Below are positions 44,393-53,496 of a DNA stretch of 64,000 bases, piece after piece. The stretch is from an uncultured Gemmatimonadales bacterium (GTDB lineage: Bacteria > Gemmatimonadota > Gemmatimonadetes > Gemmatimonadales > GWC2-71-9): the NCBI GenBank assembly GCA_963847895.1, contig CAWKBO010000006.1, positions 83,451 to 147,450 on the forward strand, in the 5' to 3' direction. Below the pieces are notes generated by a model. It ran no database searches. It was given only the letters and a program-made list of their open reading frames with translations, and had not been told where the DNA came from. How positions within the stretch are numbered: position 1 is the stretch's first letter; every line of letters begins with the position of its first letter. The translations under genes were made by a program, and so were the position numbers.

Positions 44393-45498
44393 GCGAGGCG
44401 GCCATGCTCGTCGTCGGACTGATGTCGGGCACCTCGCTCGACGGGATGGATGCTGCCCTGGTGCGGATCGGCGGCCCGACGCGAGTGGAACTGCTGCAGT
44501 TCGCGCATCGCCCCTACTCGCTGGTGGAGCGGGCCCAGCTCGAGGCGGTGCTCGCCGGTGGCCCGGTGGCGGAGGTGGCCCGACTGCACGCCGCGATCGC
44601 CAACTGGGCGGCCGATGCGGTCGACATGGTGCTCACCGCCGCCCACTGTCGTGCCGACACGCTGGGATGCATCGCGTTCCCGGGCCAGACGATCTGGCAC
44701 GAACCCCCGGTGGTCACCCTGCAGCTCGGGGCGGCCGCGCACCTTGCGGAGCGGTTCGGGGTGCGGGTGGTCCACGACTTCCGCTCGCGCGATCTCGCGG
44801 CGGGAGGGCAGGGTGCTCCGCTCGTGCCGCTGATCGATGCCCTCTGCTTCGGCGATGACCACCAGCCGCGCATCCTGCTCAACCTCGGTGGGATGGCCAA
44901 CGCAACCTGGGTCGAACGCCGTGCTCGACTCGAGGGTGTGATCGCCGGCGACAGCGGGCCGGGAATGGCGGTGCTCGATGCGATCGCCAGGCTGGTCGAC
45001 CCGACGCTCCCCTTTGACGCCGGCGGGGTGCTCGCCGAGCTCGGCGAGGTCGACCACGAGGTGCTCCAGCAACTGCTCGCCGAGCCGTTCTTTGCGACCG
45101 CCCCTCCCCGGAGCACCGGGCGCGAGCATTTCGGTGCCGAGTATGCGCAGCGGCTCCACCGCCGGGTCCCGGGTCCCGACGGTGTGCGCACCGCGGTGGC
45201 GCTCACCGTGGCAACGGTGGTGGCGTTCTGTCGCGATTTTCTTCCCCGCGCTGCCGACGTGGTGGTGGCCGGCGGTGGGACCCATCATCCGGTGCTGATG
45301 CGCGAACTCGCTGCGGAATTCGCTCGACTGGAGATGCCCCTGCGGCACTTCGACGAACTCTTCTTCCCGGCCGATGCCAAGGAGGCCGTGGCGTTCGCGA
45401 TGCTGGGGTGGCTCACGCTGCACGGCCAGCCGGGCTCCCTCCCCGCGGTCACCGGTGCGTCCGGGACGCGGGTGCTCGGCTCGGTGGTGCCGGGCTGA
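44389..45498 (+). CDS. anmK: Anhydro-N-acetylmuramic acid kinase
   Basis: GLMSGTSLDGMDAALV...; overlaps the murQ stop. Confidence 0.88.
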   Translation: MSEAAMLVVGLMSGTSLDGMDAALVRIGGPTRVELLQFAHRPYSLVERAQLEAVLAGGPVAEVARLHAAIANWAADAVDMVLTAAHCRADTLGCIAFPGQTIWHEPPVVTLQLGAAAHLAERFGVRVVHDFRSRDLAAGGQGAPLVPLIDALCFGDDHQPRILLNLGGMANATWVERRARLEGVIAGDSGPGMAVLDAIARLVDPTLPFDAGGVLAELGEVDHEVLQQLLAEPFFATAPPRSTGREHFGAEYAQRLHRRVPGPDGVRTAVALTVATVVAFCRDFLPRAADVVVAGGGTHHPVLMRELAAEFARLEMPLRHFDELFFPADAKEAVAFAMLGWLTLHGQPGSLPAVTGASGTRVLGSVVPG

Positions 45499-45544
45499 AC
45501 GAGGGGAGCGGGAACGGAGCGTGCCGGCGGTTGCCGGCGGGGCG

Positions 45545-46573
45545 TCAGCCGAAGATCAGTGCCAATCCGAGGATCGCCATGAGGACTGCCAGCGCGGTGA
45601 GCGCCATGGCGGTTGGCGAGCCGCGGCGGCGGGGCGCGATGGTGGGACGGGGCGCCGACGTGGCGGGGAACGCGGCGGTCGGCTGCAGGGCGGGGCGGTC
45701 GCCGAGGGTGGGGAACTCGTGATACCCGGGTTCGTCTGGTGACCGGTCGGTGAGCCCCTCGCCCTCGAAGCGCACGGCCACCACCGTGATGTTGTCCGGA
45801 CCACCCCGTTCGTTGGCCATGTCGACCAGCCGTTCGCAGATCTGCTGCACATCGCCGGCATCGCGGGCCACCGCGGCGATGTCGTCGCGCCGCACCACGC
45901 TCGACAGTCCGTCGGAGCAGAGGATCAGCAAGTCGCCGCGCTGGAGCATCTGCCAGCTCAGGTCGACGTGGATATCGGAGTCGGGGCCGAGTGCCTGCAG
46001 GATGATGTTGCGGCGCTCGCTCGCCTCGGCCTCCTCCTCGGTCAGCTCGCCGACCTCCACCAGTCGCTGGGTCAGCGATTGATCACGGGTCAGCTGCCGG
46101 GCGTGGCCGTCACGAATCAGGTAGGCTCGCGAGTCGCCGATCTGGGCCAGGTAGAGCCGGTCGTGCCAGAGACCGACCACCGTGGCGGTGGTGCCCATCC
46201 CCCGCACCTCGGGGTGACCGACGGCGTAGTCGTGGAGTTCCTGGTTGGCCCCCTCCACCGCCCGACGGAGCGCCTCGGCGAACGCCTCCTCGCTCGGCAC
46301 GACCACCGTGGCCCAGCCGTCGGCGAGGTGGCGATGGATGGCCACCGCGGCCATCTCGCTGGCGATCTCGCCGGCGGCGGCACCGCCCATCCCGTCGGCA
46401 ACCAGGAAGAGCATCCCCCGGTCACCGAGCGACACCTCCTGACGCCGCGACGCCCGGACCGGCTCGTCGGAACCGAGGTCGGCGACGAGGAAGGTGTCCT
46501 CGTTGTGGTCGCGGGTCCGGCCGCGGTCGGTGAGCGCGTACAGCGTGGCGCGAATGGGCGGCGTTGTCATCAT
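45545..46573 (-). CDS. PP2C-family Ser/Thr phosphatase with a C-terminal membrane anchor
   Basis: TDRGRTRDHNEDTF...FLVADGMGG...LILCSDGL...GGPDNITVV; C-terminal AMALTALAVLMAILGLALIF. Confidence 0.88.
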   Translation of the reverse strand: MMTTPPIRATLYALTDRGRTRDHNEDTFLVADLGSDEPVRASRRQEVSLGDRGMLFLVADGMGGAAAGEIASEMAAVAIHRHLADGWATVVVPSEEAFAEALRRAVEGANQELHDYAVGHPEVRGMGTTATVVGLWHDRLYLAQIGDSRAYLIRDGHARQLTRDQSLTQRLVEVGELTEEEAEASERRNIILQALGPDSDIHVDLSWQMLQRGDLLILCSDGLSSVVRRDDIAAVARDAGDVQQICERLVDMANERGGPDNITVVAVRFEGEGLTDRSPDEPGYHEFPTLGDRPALQPTAAFPATSAPRPTIAPRRRGSPTAMALTALAVLMAILGLALIFG

Positions 46574-46825
46574 CCCGGTTGGGTGGCCAACGGTCGGCGA
46601 TCGATGACCGCCGCGCCAGTGCCGACGGCACGACGGCTGAAGATAGGATCGGTGAGGGGCAGCGTCAACGCGAAATCGGCCTAAATGAAGCGTTTTCAGC
46701 GCCTTATGCCGCCGGGGCGCGGTTTCCCGGTGGCCGGTCGGCACTGGAGGATGCCGGATGTCTCCCCCAAACCGCTTCACTCGTCCTTGACAGCAACACC
46801 CCCGACTTTCCCGGTAGATTCCCCT

Positions 46826-49090
46826 ATGCGCTCTCGCTGGCTGGCCATCCTCACCGTCCTGCCCCTCGCGTCGCTGCCCGTCGCGGCGCCGGCGCAGACT
46901 CCCACCCAGCGGGTCGGGCTCGAGCGATTCCGCGACTCGCTCGATGTGATCGGCGATGCCGGTGCGCTGAAGTCCCTCGAGGCCGCCCTCATCGGCCAGG
47001 CGAAGAAAGACCGCGACAACGCCGAGCTGCACCTCCGCCTCGGGTTCGTGGCGATCCGACTCGGAGAGGTGACGGCCGACGACGACCAGACCGCATCCCG
47101 CCGGCACTACGATGAGGCCGGGGGTGAATTCGAGTGGGCGGTGCAGGTCAAGCCCGACTGGCCGTACGGCTGGTATGGTCTCGGCCTTGCCGAGCTGGGT
47201 GTCGGGGATTCCGAGGTGTCGCTGGTCGAGGGGCTCCAGACGATGCTGGGGCGCGACGCGCTGACCCGGTCGGCAAACGCCTTTGCCAAGAGTGCCGAAG
47301 TCGATCCGGGCTTCGTGGCGGGCCTGGTGGAGTTGAGCAACACGGCGCTCCGGCAACGGATCAACGCCCGCATGGATGTGGCACTGGCGGCGCTCCGGCG
47401 GGCCTCACGCACGGCGTCGGCCGGATCCCCGGCGGTGCTGCTCGCCCGCGGCCGGGTGGAGCGGGTGGTGGGCAATCTCGACTCGTCGACGGCCGCGCTC
47501 TCGCGACTGCTCAAGCGCGACAGCACCAACTCCATGGCGCGCTACGAGCTGGCCCGGACCCGGTTCCTGCAGGGTGACTCCACGGCGCCAGCTCTCTGGT
47601 ACCGGGCTCTCGTCGAGGCCGACTCCGCCACGCTGGCGATGTACCGCGCCGACCTGGCGACCATCCTGCCCGACTCCACGCTGACAGTGTTCGACCGGGA
47701 CGCACCGGACGACCGGGTTCGGCTGGTGCGCGACTTCTGGCGCGAACGCGACGACGACGAACTCCATCCACCTGGCGACCGGGTGGCGGAGCACTACCGG
47801 CGACTCGACGTGGCACGGCGCAACTACCGACTGGTGACCGAGAACCGGCAGTACGGCATCGCCGAGCGGTATCGGTCGAGACAGTCGGAATACGACGACC
47901 GCGGCATCATCTACATCCGCCACGGCGATCCCGACGAGCGAACCCAGTACAATGCCCCCGGAATCGAGCCGAACGAGTCGTGGCTCTATCGTCGCGAGAG
48001 CGGTGACCTGCTCTTCCACTTCGTGGCGCGGCAGGACGTGCAGGACTACCGGTTGGTCGAGTCGCTCTTCGACGTGCTCGACTATGCCTCGACGGTGGCG
48101 ATGCGAAACCTCGATCGGCTCGAGAGCACCGATGCGGCCTCGGCCGAACTGGCCCGGCACATCGAGGCACTGTTGCTGTCGCGGGAGGGATTCGACCCGA
48201 TCTACTCGCGGCTGTTGAGTGCCGGGCGCGGCTCGCGTGACCAGCTGCTCACCGAGGAGCGGGCGGCGGGGCGCCGGGCGATCGCGATCGGGACCTCGAC
48301 CGATTCGTGGCCGCTGGATCTCGGCGATCGGATCGACGCCACGGTGCAGGTGCTGGCGGTGGGGAGCGACGCCGGCGGCCCGCAGCTGCAGGTGGCGTTC
48401 GCGATCCCGGGGCGGGGGATGACGCCGCGCGAGTTGCCGCAGGGCTTTGCCTACCCCGTGCGCATCCGTGCCTCGGCGCTGTCGCTCGACGGCACCACGG
48501 TCGGGCTGGTGGACACCACCCGGACCTTCCTCGCCACCGGGCCGCTCGCCGACGACCAGATGCTCCTCGGGCGGCTGCCGGTCCATGTCCCGCCCGGCAT
48601 CCTCACGGTCCGCGTTGCGGTGCAGACCGACGCCGGCGGGCTGGTGACCGAACGCGACACGGTGCGCGTCCCATCGCCGCTCGGTCCGGAGCCCGGACTG
48701 AGTGACCTGGCGATCGGCGTGCGCTCGGTCAACCTGCCGTGGGTGGTTCCGGGTGGCGACACTGCGTGGGTCTCGCCCTTGGCACGATTCCACCAGGGTG
48801 AACCGCTGAAGCTTTACTTCGAGGTGACCGGCCTGACGCCGGGACAGCCGTACGACCTCGAGCTGTCGGTGCGCCGGGCCGGCGGCGGCTCGATCCTTCG
48901 CCGGATCTTCGGTGGCGGCACTGCGATCAAGCTCGAGTCGGAGCAACGCCATCCCGGCGGGATCGAGCGGATCGCGCGCGAGCTTTCCCTCGAGCGGGTC
49001 TCGCCCGGCAACTACGAGCTCCAGGTGCAGGTGCGCACCGCCGATGGTCGCGAGGTTGTCCGCCGCCGGCGGATCGAGGTCGTCGAGTGA
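46826..49090 (+). CDS. Secreted TPR-like / GWxTD-like domain protein, paralog 1
   Basis: Signal peptide MRSRWLAILTVLPLASLPVAAPAQ; core YDDRGIIYIRHGDPDE...NESWLYRRESGDLLFHFV resembles the GWxTD domain (recalled, not searched). Confidence 0.6.
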   Translation: MRSRWLAILTVLPLASLPVAAPAQTPTQRVGLERFRDSLDVIGDAGALKSLEAALIGQAKKDRDNAELHLRLGFVAIRLGEVTADDDQTASRRHYDEAGGEFEWAVQVKPDWPYGWYGLGLAELGVGDSEVSLVEGLQTMLGRDALTRSANAFAKSAEVDPGFVAGLVELSNTALRQRINARMDVALAALRRASRTASAGSPAVLLARGRVERVVGNLDSSTAALSRLLKRDSTNSMARYELARTRFLQGDSTAPALWYRALVEADSATLAMYRADLATILPDSTLTVFDRDAPDDRVRLVRDFWRERDDDELHPPGDRVAEHYRRLDVARRNYRLVTENRQYGIAERYRSRQSEYDDRGIIYIRHGDPDERTQYNAPGIEPNESWLYRRESGDLLFHFVARQDVQDYRLVESLFDVLDYASTVAMRNLDRLESTDAASAELARHIEALLLSREGFDPIYSRLLSAGRGSRDQLLTEERAAGRRAIAIGTSTDSWPLDLGDRIDATVQVLAVGSDAGGPQLQVAFAIPGRGMTPRELPQGFAYPVRIRASALSLDGTTVGLVDTTRTFLATGPLADDQMLLGRLPVHVPPGILTVRVAVQTDAGGLVTERDTVRVPSPLGPEPGLSDLAIGVRSVNLPWVVPGGDTAWVSPLARFHQGEPLKLYFEVTGLTPGQPYDLELSVRRAGGGSILRRIFGGGTAIKLESEQRHPGGIERIARELSLERVSPGNYELQVQVRTADGREVVRRRRIEVVE

Positions 49091-51387
49091 GGGTGCCGGG
49101 CCAGCGCCAGCGCTGGTGGCAGTGGGGGGCGATTGCGCTGCTCGCCGTCGGCCGGCCCCTGGCGGCCCAGCGACCGATCGACCTCGCCCCCCTCCGGGCC
49201 TTGCACGATTCGCTCGCCGGGATCGAGGGCGAGGCCCTCCTGGCGGAAATGCTTCGCGATGCCCGCGCCATCGCCGACCGGCAGCGCGATGACCCCGAAG
49301 AGGAGCTCCGCCTCGGGCTGATCGCGCTCCGCCTTGGCGAACTTTCCGGTGAGACGCGGTACCTCAACCTCGCCGGTCGCACCTTCGCCGGGATCACCGA
49401 GGATCGTCCCGACCTCACCCTGGGGTGGTACGGACTGGCCCGAACCGATCTCGACCAGTCCGACCACTCGCTGTCGTTCGGCATGGCGTCGATGTTCGGC
49501 CTCGACCCGGCCAAGGGGATCGTCCAGGAGTTCATGCGCTCCAGCGGTGCCGATTCGAGCAACCTTTTCGGCGTGCTCCAGCTGGCCCATCGCGCGTTGC
49601 GCAGCCGCGACGACCTCGACGAGGAGATCGGGCTGCGGACGTTGCGGCTGCTGCCGGCCCGCGCGATGGCCCGCGACGCGGAGCTGGCGCTGGTGCGCGC
49701 CCGGCTTGAACGGGAAACCGGCGACAAGGATTCCGCCACCGCCGTGGCGGAGCGCGCTGCCCGGTTGCATCCCGACGATGCCGGGGTACTGCGCGCCCAG
49801 GCCCAGATGCGCTTCGTGGTCGGCCGCAGCGACGGGGCGGGGCCGTGGTATCGCGGCCTGGTCCGCGCGAAGGGTGAGGCGCTGGTCCGCTATCGCCGCG
49901 ACCTGCAGATCGTGATCCCCGACTCGGTGCTGGCAAGCTTCGACACGGTGCGCGCCGCCGATCGCGACACCGTGATTCGCGCCTACTGGGCCTCGCAGGA
50001 TCCCGACGGGTTGCCGACGGCCGACGACCGACTGGCGGAGCACTACCGGCGGCTCGAGTTTGCCCGCCATCACTACGTCCGCACCACGCTGGTGCACACC
50101 CACCCGGTCTTCGAGCTCGACACCCTGGGCACCGAGGCGTTCGACGCCCGCGGCGAGACAATCCTCCGCCACGGCTCCCCCGATGAGCGGACCGCGATCG
50201 GGCAGGGTGGCGGGCCCGAGGTGAAGGTCACGTTGCACGTGATCGGGATGCCACCCAATGAGTCGTGGGCCTATCACGACACCCACGACGGCGACCGGTT
50301 CTACCACTTCGTGGCGGCGAATCGTGACAGCGACTTCGTGGCGGTCACCAGTCTCCTCGACATCCTCGCCCTGTCGTCGCAGTTCCAGCGCTTCCGGCCC
50401 GGCGACGATCCGTCCCAGGCGGTGACCAAGACCTGGGGCGCCGAACTCGTGTCGGCGCTGGCGCAGGAGCTGCTCCGGTCACGGCAGGATATGAGCCCGC
50501 TCTACACCCGGATGCTCAACGAGGGGATGGGGGGCGCCGATTCGCTCCAGGCGCGCGAGCGCGAGATCGGCCGCCTCGCCCTGCTCAAGCCGTACAGCTA
50601 CGAGCTTGGCTTCGAGCTGCCGATCAACGGGGCGATCGACATTCTCGCCGTGGGATCCGACCGTCGTGGCCCGCTGGTGCAGATCGCGTTCGCGGTGCCG
50701 GGTGATGATCTCACCCCGGAGCGGTTGCGCACCGGGGCGATGGCCTATCCGGTTCGCATGCGTGTCGCCGTCGTCAACACTGCCGGGACCACCGTGATGC
50801 AGGTGGACACCGTGCGCGGCTTCGTCACGGCACAGCGGCTCGCCAACGGCCAGTATCTCCTCGGCCAGCTGCCGCTGCGGGTGCCGCCGGGCACCTACCG
50901 GATCCGTGCGTCGCTGGAGGAGGGTCGGCGGGGGATGCTGTCGCGCCCCGTGACCGTCCACGTGCCCGCCCCGGCCGGACACGCGCTGGCACTCTCCGAC
51001 GTGTCGCTCGGGGTGCGCAGTGTGCGGATCCCCTGGGCCGCCTCGGCTGCCGACACCGCCTGGGCGAATCCGTTGCGCCGCTTCCCGCTCGATGAACCGA
51101 TGCAGCTCTACGTCGAGGTCAACGGGCTCGATGCCGGGACCGAGTACGAGACGGCCGTGGCAATCGACCGGCTCGATGCGCTCCCCGAGACCGGTACCAG
51201 CTGTGGGGGAAGCGGCGCGATGCTCTCGCTCGCGACCCGCGCCACGGCCGGCGGCGGCATCGAGCGGGTGTCGCGCGCGGTGGCGCTCGATCCCCTCAGG
51301 CCCGGCGAGTACCAGCTCACGATCACCGTGCGGGCCGATGGCGCCGTGGCCAGCCGGTGCCGGAACTTCACGGTGGTCAAGCCGTGA
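49087..51387 (+). CDS. GWxTD-like domain protein, paralog 2
   Basis: GTG start overlapping the previous stop (GTGA). Same architecture: FDARGETILRHGSPDE...NESWAYHD...FYHFVA. Confidence 0.6.
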   Translation: MRVPGQRQRWWQWGAIALLAVGRPLAAQRPIDLAPLRALHDSLAGIEGEALLAEMLRDARAIADRQRDDPEEELRLGLIALRLGELSGETRYLNLAGRTFAGITEDRPDLTLGWYGLARTDLDQSDHSLSFGMASMFGLDPAKGIVQEFMRSSGADSSNLFGVLQLAHRALRSRDDLDEEIGLRTLRLLPARAMARDAELALVRARLERETGDKDSATAVAERAARLHPDDAGVLRAQAQMRFVVGRSDGAGPWYRGLVRAKGEALVRYRRDLQIVIPDSVLASFDTVRAADRDTVIRAYWASQDPDGLPTADDRLAEHYRRLEFARHHYVRTTLVHTHPVFELDTLGTEAFDARGETILRHGSPDERTAIGQGGGPEVKVTLHVIGMPPNESWAYHDTHDGDRFYHFVAANRDSDFVAVTSLLDILALSSQFQRFRPGDDPSQAVTKTWGAELVSALAQELLRSRQDMSPLYTRMLNEGMGGADSLQAREREIGRLALLKPYSYELGFELPINGAIDILAVGSDRRGPLVQIAFAVPGDDLTPERLRTGAMAYPVRMRVAVVNTAGTTVMQVDTVRGFVTAQRLANGQYLLGQLPLRVPPGTYRIRASLEEGRRGMLSRPVTVHVPAPAGHALALSDVSLGVRSVRIPWAASAADTAWANPLRRFPLDEPMQLYVEVNGLDAGTEYETAVAIDRLDALPETGTSCGGSGAMLSLATRATAGGGIERVSRAVALDPLRPGEYQLTITVRADGAVASRCRNFTVVKP

Positions 51388-52931
51388 GGCGCCGCGTGTT
51401 GGCGGCGCTGCTGATCGCGCTGGCCGCACGCAGCACCGCCGCGCGTGCCCAGGCGTCGTGGGAGCGGGACGCGCTGACCCGCTTGCGCGACTCCATCCGC
51501 TATTCGGGCGACACCACCGGGATCCGGATGCTCGAGCGGGGGCTCATCGAACAGGCCGCCGCCGAGCGGTTCGAGGCGATGCACCACCTCCGGCTCGGCA
51601 TCATCGCATTGCGGCTGAGTGAGCTCGAGCCCGGTGTGGCCCATCTCGACGACGCGATTGGCGAGTTCCAGTGGGCCGCGGAGCTCCGGCCCGACTGGCC
51701 CTGGCCGTGGTACGGCCTCGGACTGGCCGAGGCGAGTGGCACCGATCGCGCCGCCGGGTTCGCCGGCGGCCTCTATACGATGCTCGGGATCGATCGCGAT
51801 CGGCTCTCCGGCAGTGCGTTCGCTCGCGCCATCGCGGCTGATCCTGCCTTCATCGACGGCCTGCTCGAGTTTGCCCGCGTGGCGCTGGAGCAGCGAATCG
51901 ATGCCCCCCTGGGCCCGGCGGTCGACGCGCTCCGCGCCGCCACGGCATCGCCGATCGGCTGGGACCCGGCGCTACTGCTTGCCCGTGGCCGGCTCGAACG
52001 CCAGGCGGGTCACCCCGATTCGGCGCAGGTCGCCTTCCGCCGCGCCGTGCTGCTGTCGCGCGCGCCCGCGACCGCCGAGGTCGAACTGGCACGGACCATT
52101 CCGCTCACCGGCCCAATCGACGGGCCGTCCGGGCTCCTGCTGCGGCGCGACACCCGGCGCGCCTACCGCATCGCGGCCGCTTCGGCCGATCCGGCGGTGG
52201 TCGCGATGCTTCGCCGCGACATCGAGCCGATCGCCGACTCCGCCGAGCTGTCCGGCTTCGATGCCCAGGCGGCCGCCGATCGGCCAGCGTGGCTCGACGC
52301 ATTCTGGGCGGCCCGCGACGCCGCCGACTTGCGCGACCCGGGTTCCCGGCTCGCCGAGCATTTCCGCCGCTGGGATGTGGCACGGCGCGAGTTCCGCCTG
52401 CCGCCGTTCCGGCGCCGGTATCGCTGGGGCATCGAGACCTGGAAGAGTGGCGACGGTGAGCTCGACGATCGCGGCCTGGTGTACATCCGGCAGGGGGAAC
52501 CGTCGCTTCGCATCGTCTGGCCCAAGTCACGGTCCGCCGGACGGGTCGATCCGCTCCAGCGGAACTACGGCAACGAGTCGTGGCGCTACGACCGGCCCGA
52601 CGGCACCCTCACGCTGCACTTCGTGGCCCGCGATGATCCAGCCGACTACCGGTTGGTCGAGACACCGCTCGAGCTCGACGTCGCCCTCGACCAGCTGGAA
52701 CGCCACGCCCACGAGATCCCCGGGCTCGACCGGCTCGTTCGTGCCGGGGAATACTCGGCCACCTGGGTGAGCGAGGATGTTCGCCAGAAAATCTCGGCGG
52801 GTTGCCCAGCTACAAGTCAAGTCGTGCCGTCAGCGACGGGGCTGACAAGAAAGGCATCGCAGCGGTGTGATTTGTACCGTACGTTGCTTCCAACTGCCCC
52901 CCGGCGCCAATTGGAGAAGTTTACATGTTGA
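51384..52931 (+). CDS. GWxTD-like domain protein, paralog 3; paralog similarity is lost near ~52.79 kb and the ORF tail runs into foreign-looking sequence
   Basis: GTGA-coupled start; [15 protein letters not shown]...[19 protein letters not shown]. The last ~45 codons have no counterpart in paralogs 1 and 2. Confidence 0.55.
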   Translation: MRRRVLAALLIALAARSTAARAQASWERDALTRLRDSIRYSGDTTGIRMLERGLIEQAAAERFEAMHHLRLGIIALRLSELEPGVAHLDDAIGEFQWAAELRPDWPWPWYGLGLAEASGTDRAAGFAGGLYTMLGIDRDRLSGSAFARAIAADPAFIDGLLEFARVALEQRIDAPLGPAVDALRAATASPIGWDPALLLARGRLERQAGHPDSAQVAFRRAVLLSRAPATAEVELARTIPLTGPIDGPSGLLLRRDTRRAYRIAAASADPAVVAMLRRDIEPIADSAELSGFDAQAAADRPAWLDAFWAARDAADLRDPGSRLAEHFRRWDVARREFRLPPFRRRYRWGIETWKSGDGELDDRGLVYIRQGEPSLRIVWPKSRSAGRVDPLQRNYGNESWRYDRPDGTLTLHFVARDDPADYRLVETPLELDVALDQLERHAHEIPGLDRLVRAGEYSATWVSEDVRQKISAGCPATSQVVPSATGLTRKASQRCDLYRTLLPTAPRRQLEKFTC

Positions 52932-53137
52932 TTTTGACCCGCCGTGTAGGTGAGACGCTGATGATAGGGGACGAAGTCACGGTGACGGTCCTCGGCGTCA
53001 AAGGCAATCAGGTCCGTATCGGCATCAATGCGCCGAAGGACGTGCCCGTCCATCGCGAGGAGATCTACCAGCGCATCAAGCGCGAACAAAGCGGTGATGC
53101 GATGCCGCATCAGGAGGAACCCGAGGGCGACAGCTGA
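52925..53137 (+). CDS. csrA: Carbon storage regulator CsrA/RsmA
   Basis: [51 protein letters not shown]. Confidence 0.97.
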   Translation: MLILTRRVGETLMIGDEVTVTVLGVKGNQVRIGINAPKDVPVHREEIYQRIKREQSGDAMPHQEEPEGDS

Positions 53138-53240
53138 AACGCTTTACCCGTCGAGCACGGGACCGCTATCCTGCGCGTCCGCCGTTGAAGGCATCAGCGC
53201 GCGGCGCAGTACAAGCACAGCCAGCAACACCAAGAATCCC

Positions 53241-53333
53241 GGAGAGATGCCCGAGTGGCTGAAGGGGCTCCCCTGCTAAGGGAGTATAGGGTTTATAGCT
53301 CTATCGAGGGTTCGAATCCCTCTCTCTCCGCCA
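53241..53333 (+). tRNA. tRNA-Ser (anticodon GCU), long variable arm, encoded CCA
   Basis: Hand-folded cloverleaf: acceptor GGAGAGA/UCUCUCC, anticodon stem CUCCC/GGGAG, loop CUGCUAA, T-arm GAGGG-UUCGAAU-CCCUC. Confidence 0.92.
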
Positions 53334-53370
53334 GACACAAAAGCGCCCCGAAAGGGGCGTTTTTGTGTCT
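53334..53370 (+). terminator. Rho-independent terminator after tRNA-Ser
   Basis: Stem ACACAAAAGCGCCCC / GGGGCGUUUUUGUGU with a GAAA loop; the U-run lies within and after the 3' arm. Confidence 0.7.
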
Positions 53371-53496
53371 GGCGGAGAGAGAGGGTAAGCGGAACCCTCT
53401 CGGTTCGACAAATTGATTCGGGCTGATCCCGGCCCTCTCCCTCTGGGCCATCGCCTTCGGCGACGTTCGCTTCGGCATCCTGCCTCCGCAGTGTCA

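Noticed and set aside
52760-52924. Horizontal transfer mediated by a mobile element at the lineage switch
   Set aside because: No integrase, transposase, inverted terminal repeats or target duplication is visible. A gene is simply cut, which favours an assembly or concatenation joint.
53371-53496. GacA/UvrY-type upstream box (TGTAAG-N6-CTTACA) or a clear promoter for the GGA-rich array
   Set aside because: Only a half-site-like GTAAG (53386-53390) is present and there is no convincing -35/-10 pair. The sRNA hypothesis therefore lacks promoter support and rests on the array itself.
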